Origin: Fervidobacterium sp.
GTDB lineage: Bacteria > Thermotogota > Thermotogae > Thermotogales > Fervidobacteriaceae
Assembly: GCA_049970055.1 (NCBI GenBank)
Contig: JBMFNR010000002.1
Location: forward strand, 52,406-116,405
DNA length: 64,000 nt
Reading direction: 5' to 3'
Both the position numbers and the translations under genes were made by a program. Under the pieces are notes generated by a model. The model ran no database searches. It worked only from the letters and a program-made list of their open reading frames with translations, and had not been told where the DNA came from. Of this stretch, positions 59,282-64,000 are shown piece by piece. How positions within the stretch are numbered: position 1 is the stretch's first letter; the number at the start of each line of letters is the position of its first letter.

Positions 59282-60334
59282 TTATTTTTCTTCTTGTAGG
59301 GTTTGTAGAGTTATCAACTTTCTCATAAGTTCATCGCAAAATTCACCTTTCAGTCCCGGCGTACTTGAAAGATTCACAAGCATTCGCATAAAGGCTTCAA
59401 ATGAATCTCTTGGTGTAACTTTCGATAATTTTGCTAAGTTTTGTGAAATGATGTCGATGTTTTTCTTTATCTCTTGGAGCATTTTATCATCAACTGTGTT
59501 TAAAAAGTCAACAAGTCTGATCAAGATACCATTTGCCTGGTGTAGATCCATTTTTTCAGGAATATTGCCATTGACCAATATTTCATACGGGCTCGGGATA
59601 TCTGAGGATATCGCTTTGTCCACAAAAACCTTTGCGGCTTCTGGACCCACGATCCCACTGGCGAGTATATATGAATACTCTTTCTTATCTTTTTCGTCAA
59701 GGAGCGATAAGACTTTGCTTAATTTATACCAGCTTCTTGGACTAGGCTTTATCGATGCTTTTAAAGACACGCCTTCGTGAACTGATAAAAACTCTGGGTA
59801 CGTTCGTATAAATTCAATAACTTCTCTTGAGATATTATTCCTCAAGGCCCAATCAACCCACTCATTCACTTCCGGATGTATTTCGAGGATGAAAAACCTC
59901 GATAGAAAAGCTGGGTCAGTTATCAACTCAACCTGATCGTAATTTTCATCGGGAGGGTTCATTGAAGCCATTATCCATGTACCTTCCGGAAGTATGTGAT
60001 TGTGGATACGTTTATCTACTAAAAGTTGCATGATGGCATTTCGTATACTTCTGTGCGCTCTGTTTATCTCATCAAGGAGAATGATTACATTACCATCCTC
60101 GGGCCACCAATCAGGTGCTAAGAACTTTGTTTTATTTTCATCTCTTGCTGGAAGACCTATCAAATCACCTGGTTCCATCTGCGAAAGAACCAAGATAATT
60201 AATTTTCTCCCCGTTTCGGAAGCAATATCTCTTGCAATGTCAGTCTTCCCAACTCCGAAATGACCTATCAGTAGTGGTATTTCTCCTGCTTGCATTATTT
60301 TTTTCGACAGATGTTTTGCTTCGCCTACTGTCAT
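59282..60334 (-). CDS. MoxR/dynein-related AAA+ ATPase
   Basis: Walker A GHFGVGKT, DLIGLP, LLDEINRA, DPAFLSRF and PSPRSW motifs. Confidence 0.87.
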   Translation of the reverse strand: MTVGEAKHLSKKIMQAGEIPLLIGHFGVGKTDIARDIASETGRKLIILVLSQMEPGDLIGLPARDENKTKFLAPDWWPEDGNVIILLDEINRAHRSIRNAIMQLLVDKRIHNHILPEGTWIMASMNPPDENYDQVELITDPAFLSRFFILEIHPEVNEWVDWALRNNISREVIEFIRTYPEFLSVHEGVSLKASIKPSPRSWYKLSKVLSLLDEKDKKEYSYILASGIVGPEAAKVFVDKAISSDIPSPYEILVNGNIPEKMDLHQANGILIRLVDFLNTVDDKMLQEIKKNIDIISQNLAKLSKVTPRDSFEAFMRMLVNLSSTPGLKGEFCDELMRKLITLQTLQEEK

Positions 60335-60347
60335 ATGAACACCTCTT

Positions 60348-60968
60348 TTATTGGTTATCGCTTTTTATTTCATTAGTACTTTCTCTGCTTTCTATAATTT
60401 CTTTGTTTTCTGAATTTTCCTGTTCAGTTTCAAATATATTTTTAGCTATACTTTCGAAAGAAGCACCGCCAGCTTGACGGACAAGTTCTTCAATCATGCT
60501 CTCATCTTTGAAAGTGTCTGTGAGACTGTAAACGAATGTTCTACCAACCTTTCGACGTTTGATAACCCCTGAACTTAAGAGCTGTTTTATAATATTTGTT
60601 GAATCTTTTCCCCTCATGCTATCTATTTCAAGTTTCGTTGCTTGTTTTCTAACGGCTAGAAATATCGCAACTTCGAGTTGGGAAGGTGAAAGGCTTCCAA
60701 GGTTTCTTCTTTTTGCCACTTTTGACACTAAACTTGCAAACTTAGCTTTTGTGTAAAATCTCAAGTAATTTTCTATTTCTTTCAGCTCAATGCCGTGTTC
60801 TTCGGAGGAATATTTCTCCTTAAGAGTTTCGACGAGCTCTTCAACCTCATGTCTTGAAATCTCTGTAATTTTTGAAATTGTTTCCTTATCTATACCACGA
60901 GAAGCGAAGATAACAGCTTCAACGATTGCCAATTTCTCTTTGTCGTTTTTACCATTATAACGCGGCAT
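60348..60968 (-). CDS. scpB: Segregation and condensation protein B
   Basis: VEAVIFAS, LS..QLEVA, IDSMRG and Y.LT..F motifs; follows scpA. Confidence 0.88.
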   Translation of the reverse strand: MPRYNGKNDKEKLAIVEAVIFASRGIDKETISKITEISRHEVEELVETLKEKYSSEEHGIELKEIENYLRFYTKAKFASLVSKVAKRRNLGSLSPSQLEVAIFLAVRKQATKLEIDSMRGKDSTNIIKQLLSSGVIKRRKVGRTFVYSLTDTFKDESMIEELVRQAGGASFESIAKNIFETEQENSENKEIIESRESTNEIKSDNQ

Positions 60969-61629
60969 CTTCTTTCACCACTTTTCTTAAGGTAAAACTA
61001 TCATCAATTAAGAATTTTTCAAAACGAATCAATTCTAATATAGCCAAGAATTTTACGATGATTTCATATTTTGAAGAGCAGTTTCTCAATAAGTCGTATA
61101 AACTTACTATATTGTAATTTTCTTCAATTTCTTTCATAACTCTTTCTAGCGAGTAGTTTTCCCTTTTTATGATGTATATTTTCTGCTTTACTTCCACTTC
61201 TTGCAGTGCTGCTTTCACAATCTTTACAAGTTTCTTCTCATCTATCCTTGGAAATGAATATGGAACTTTTACCGGAACTTGCTCTGCGGAATCGTTTTGA
61301 AGCATTTGATTCACCAATTCTTTTAGCCTTGCGTATTCCTCAATTCTTCGGAAAAGTAACTCTCTTTTAGTTTCGTACTCTTTTCTCTCTTTTTCACTCA
61401 AAGAAGGAAGAAGACTTTTTGACTTTAACTCAAGCAAATATGCGGCGGTAGCTATAAACTCAGAAGTGACATTGAGATTAAAATCCTCCATTTGGTTGAC
61501 ATAATACAAAAATTCATCCGCCAATTGCGAAATGGACAACTGACGGATGTCTATCTGCTTTTTTTGGACCAAATAAAGGAGTAAATCGAGAGGGCCTTCA
61601 AATGTTTCCAGTTTGAATAATATGTCCAT
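60955..61629 (-). CDS. scpA: Segregation and condensation protein A (kleisin)
   Basis: FEGPLDLLL, LKSKSLLP and FLAILEL motifs. Confidence 0.93.
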   Translation of the reverse strand: MDILFKLETFEGPLDLLLYLVQKKQIDIRQLSISQLADEFLYYVNQMEDFNLNVTSEFIATAAYLLELKSKSLLPSLSEKERKEYETKRELLFRRIEEYARLKELVNQMLQNDSAEQVPVKVPYSFPRIDEKKLVKIVKAALQEVEVKQKIYIIKRENYSLERVMKEIEENYNIVSLYDLLRNCSSKYEIIVKFLAILELIRFEKFLIDDSFTLRKVVKEDAAL

Positions 61630-61632
61630 CTA

Positions 61633-62238
61633 TTAGAAGAAACCCTCTTCTTCAACAATTGATTCATAAGGAATTTCGTAAACCTCGAGTATGCCAGCAA
61701 CACTTTCCGCATCTTTACTATCAACCTTTATAGATACAAGTCTGTTACCATCATCTTTTAGAGTTAGAATGGAAAGAATATTTATTCTATTATTGGCAAG
61801 TACGTCGATGACCTTCTTTAATTCACCAGGTTTATCCTTAAGAGTAATGTTAATTCTTATCCCATGCTCATCCATTGCAGAAATTTCAGTCATAGCTTCT
61901 AAGACCTCTTGAATCGTTAACACACCTATAACTTCGCTATTTGAATTCACAACGGGTAAAATTGTTTCTTTATTTTCAATGAGCATCATCGCTGCTTCCT
62001 CTATGGTTGAATCCTCTACAATGTAAAAATCGGGAAAAACAACGTAATCTCCCACCTTTTCTTCCATCTCAACTTCTTTTATAACTGATTTGTGAATAAT
62101 ACCATCGAATTTATCATCTTCATCAACAACAATACAGTAATCGCACGAATATTTTCTCATCTCGTGCAAAGCATCAGAAATTGCTTGAGAATTTTTTACC
62201 TTTGGAAAAAACGTATTAACCCATCTAACTGCCTTCAT
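61633..62238 (-). CDS. CBS + ACT domain protein (AcuB-like)
   Basis: Two CBS domains, then an ACT domain DKPGELKKV..NILSI. Confidence 0.85.
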   Translation of the reverse strand: MKAVRWVNTFFPKVKNSQAISDALHEMRKYSCDYCIVVDEDDKFDGIIHKSVIKEVEMEEKVGDYVVFPDFYIVEDSTIEEAAMMLIENKETILPVVNSNSEVIGVLTIQEVLEAMTEISAMDEHGIRINITLKDKPGELKKVIDVLANNRINILSILTLKDDGNRLVSIKVDSKDAESVAGILEVYEIPYESIVEEEGFF

Positions 62239-62298
62239 CTTCTCTACCTCCTCAGTTTTAGAAACTGATCAGAAATTGATCAACAATTATTAATAATG

Positions 62299-63273
62299 TT
62301 AGAATTTATAGTAGTACATTTCTCCACTATCCGAGCAGTATACAGCAAAAGAATTTTGAGAATTATTTAATGGAAAAACTTCCAGTGGATAGTCTCCTGT
62401 GTCAAAAACTTTTATATCCTTACCGTCATTCGTGACCATAACTTTGTTACCCGATGCGCTAAGTATTACGATATTTTCACCGATCTTTTTAACCGCAGTT
62501 GGTGTATAAGGTACTTTGAATGAATATACAACAGAATCATTTTGTACCACATAAATTGTCTGATTTGACATTGAAGATACATAGTAAGCACTTCCATCAA
62601 AATCGGCGCTTGAAATATACGGAGCAAGTTTCACAATTTTTCCAGTCCCAAGGTTATACAATTGCCCACCTCTTGTGTCAACTAACATATCCTTGACAAG
62701 AATCGAAGGAGTCGTCAAACCAATTTTTCTAGGTTTTTCTCCAACAAACTCCACATCAAAGTTATCGTTCCACAAGTACGTTACAAAAATTTTTCCATTC
62801 CACAAGAACAAAAAAGTTGGAGATCCTGAAAAATTGTAACTGAATTTTTTGTTTAAGTCCGTGTCAAAAACGTTAAGTTCCCCACCTTCTAAAAGAACAT
62901 AAATAGAATTGTCTTGAAACAAGCTTTGTTGAATTCTTCTTGGGAAAGATAAGCCATTTATAACCCAACCTTCAAAAGAAATCTTGGAAATTTTCTGCCC
63001 AACTCTATCTATAATTATGTATCCATCGTCTATAGGAAACGAATTAATCACGTAGCTACCAATGTATTTGTACAGATTAAGGATTTGTTTTAATTCCAAA
63101 TCGTAAACAACCATGTTTTTATTAATCGGATCTACGAGTATGACTGTTCCATCTGTTCTGAAGTTCCTGAATGAATACTTTATTCCTATGTAAACCTTCT
63201 CTACACTGGAAGAAAATATTAACGAAGATACAGCAAGAATGAAGAGTGTAAAAAAAATTAAATATTTTTGCAT
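62299..63273 (-). CDS. Exported beta-propeller-like hypothetical protein (YncE-like)
   Basis: Signal peptide, beta-rich repeats, TGDYP near the C-terminus. Confidence 0.6.
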   Translation of the reverse strand: MQKYLIFFTLFILAVSSLIFSSSVEKVYIGIKYSFRNFRTDGTVILVDPINKNMVVYDLELKQILNLYKYIGSYVINSFPIDDGYIIIDRVGQKISKISFEGWVINGLSFPRRIQQSLFQDNSIYVLLEGGELNVFDTDLNKKFSYNFSGSPTFLFLWNGKIFVTYLWNDNFDVEFVGEKPRKIGLTTPSILVKDMLVDTRGGQLYNLGTGKIVKLAPYISSADFDGSAYYVSSMSNQTIYVVQNDSVVYSFKVPYTPTAVKKIGENIVILSASGNKVMVTNDGKDIKVFDTGDYPLEVFPLNNSQNSFAVYCSDSGEMYYYKF

Positions 63274-64000
63274 ATCCTAATCAACAGCTCCTTTGCTATC
63301 TCTTCTTTCGTTCCTTCAAGTTCTACAACCGCTTTATCTTTGAATATTATATACACATGATTTCTATCACTTTCCATTGCAACCCTAGCATCATTTGCAA
63401 CTATCACGTTAGCGTTCTTTTTCACAAGCTTTTCGTAAGCATTTTCCACAATATTTTCTGTTTCTGCTGCAAAACCGACAACAATTTGATTTTCTTTTTT
63501 GGTATGGCCTACAACATCAAGTATATCAGGTGTTTTTTCCAATTCAATATTCAGCGTGTCTAATGTTTTCTTAATTTTTTGTTGAGATATGTTCTTTGGC
63601 CTATAATCAGCAACAGCAGCACACATTATAAGTATATCACAACTTTCTTTATTTTCCAAAACAGCGTTGTACATTTCCTGGGCGGACTTTACCGGTACAA
63701 TTTTATCAGCGAAGTAAGGCTTTTCTAAACGTGTCGGACCAGTTATCAATATCACTTTTGCTCCGAGTCGCTTTGCAACAGTAGCGAGCGAATACCCCAT
63801 CTTTCCGCTTGAATGATTCGAAATGTACCTAACCGGATCTATAGGTTCAACTGTTGGACCAGCGGTCACTAAAACAGTTTTTCCTTCAAGTGTTTTTTCT
63901 TCAGTTATTATCTTTATAAATTCAATGATTTTTTCGTTTTCAGGGTATCTACCTTTTCCGACTTCGCCGCACGCAAGGTGTCCACTTTCAGGATCCAAAA
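63258..64000 (-). CDS. coaBC: Bifunctional PPC decarboxylase/synthetase, C-terminal part (5' end beyond window)
   Basis: GHLACGEVGKGR, TAGPT.E.IDPVR.ISN.SSGKMG, AAVADY and VGFAAET motifs. Confidence 0.94.
   Translation of the reverse strand, partial: LDPESGHLACGEVGKGRYPENEKIIEFIKIITEEKTLEGKTVLVTAGPTVEPIDPVRYISNHSSGKMGYSLATVAKRLGAKVILITGPTRLEKPYFADKIVPVKSAQEMYNAVLENKESCDILIMCAAVADYRPKNISQQKIKKTLDTLNIELEKTPDILDVVGHTKKENQIVVGFAAETENIVENAYEKLVKKNANVIVANDARVAMESDRNHVYIIFKDKAVVELEGTKEEIAKELLIRICKNI

Noticed and set aside
1..64000. CRISPR arrays, transposases, prophage or defence-system genes
   Set aside because: No repeat-spacer arrays or recognisable transposase, integrase, phage or nuclease motifs; the remaining small ORFs are antisense or out-of-frame shadows of identified genes

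Overview
AT-rich bacterial chromosomal segment, most likely Thermotogota (Fervidobacterium-like). That assignment rests on the nadX-nadA-nadC and thi4-thiC-X-thiDN operons, a TrrA-like response regulator and a type I pullulanase. Content is mostly core metabolism. The left third carries dinB, a Nudix gene, a cobalamin riboswitch leading sucC-sucD-yitT, peroxiredoxin/ferritin, NAD synthesis, an FMN riboswitch with ribD-E-BA-H and a TPP riboswitch with the thiamine operon. The middle carries ileS, pulA, the pstSCAB-phoU-RR-HK operon, infB, pckA, glgP and glnA. The right third carries hisS, tRNA-Gln(CUG), a galactofuranose glycosylation cluster, hutU, a MoxR-like ATPase, scpAB and a partial coaBC. 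I found no CRISPR array, IS element or prophage. Best leads: (1) an uncharacterised metallo-TIM-barrel inside the Thi4-type thiamine operon, a candidate for the missing ADP-thiazole hydrolase; (2) B12-riboswitch control of succinyl-CoA synthetase; (3) a Galf/acyltransferase surface-glycan locus; (4) several clean operator-like or attenuator-like elements; (5) three genes each one base short of an intact frame. All gene calls come from motif recognition by eye, not database searches.
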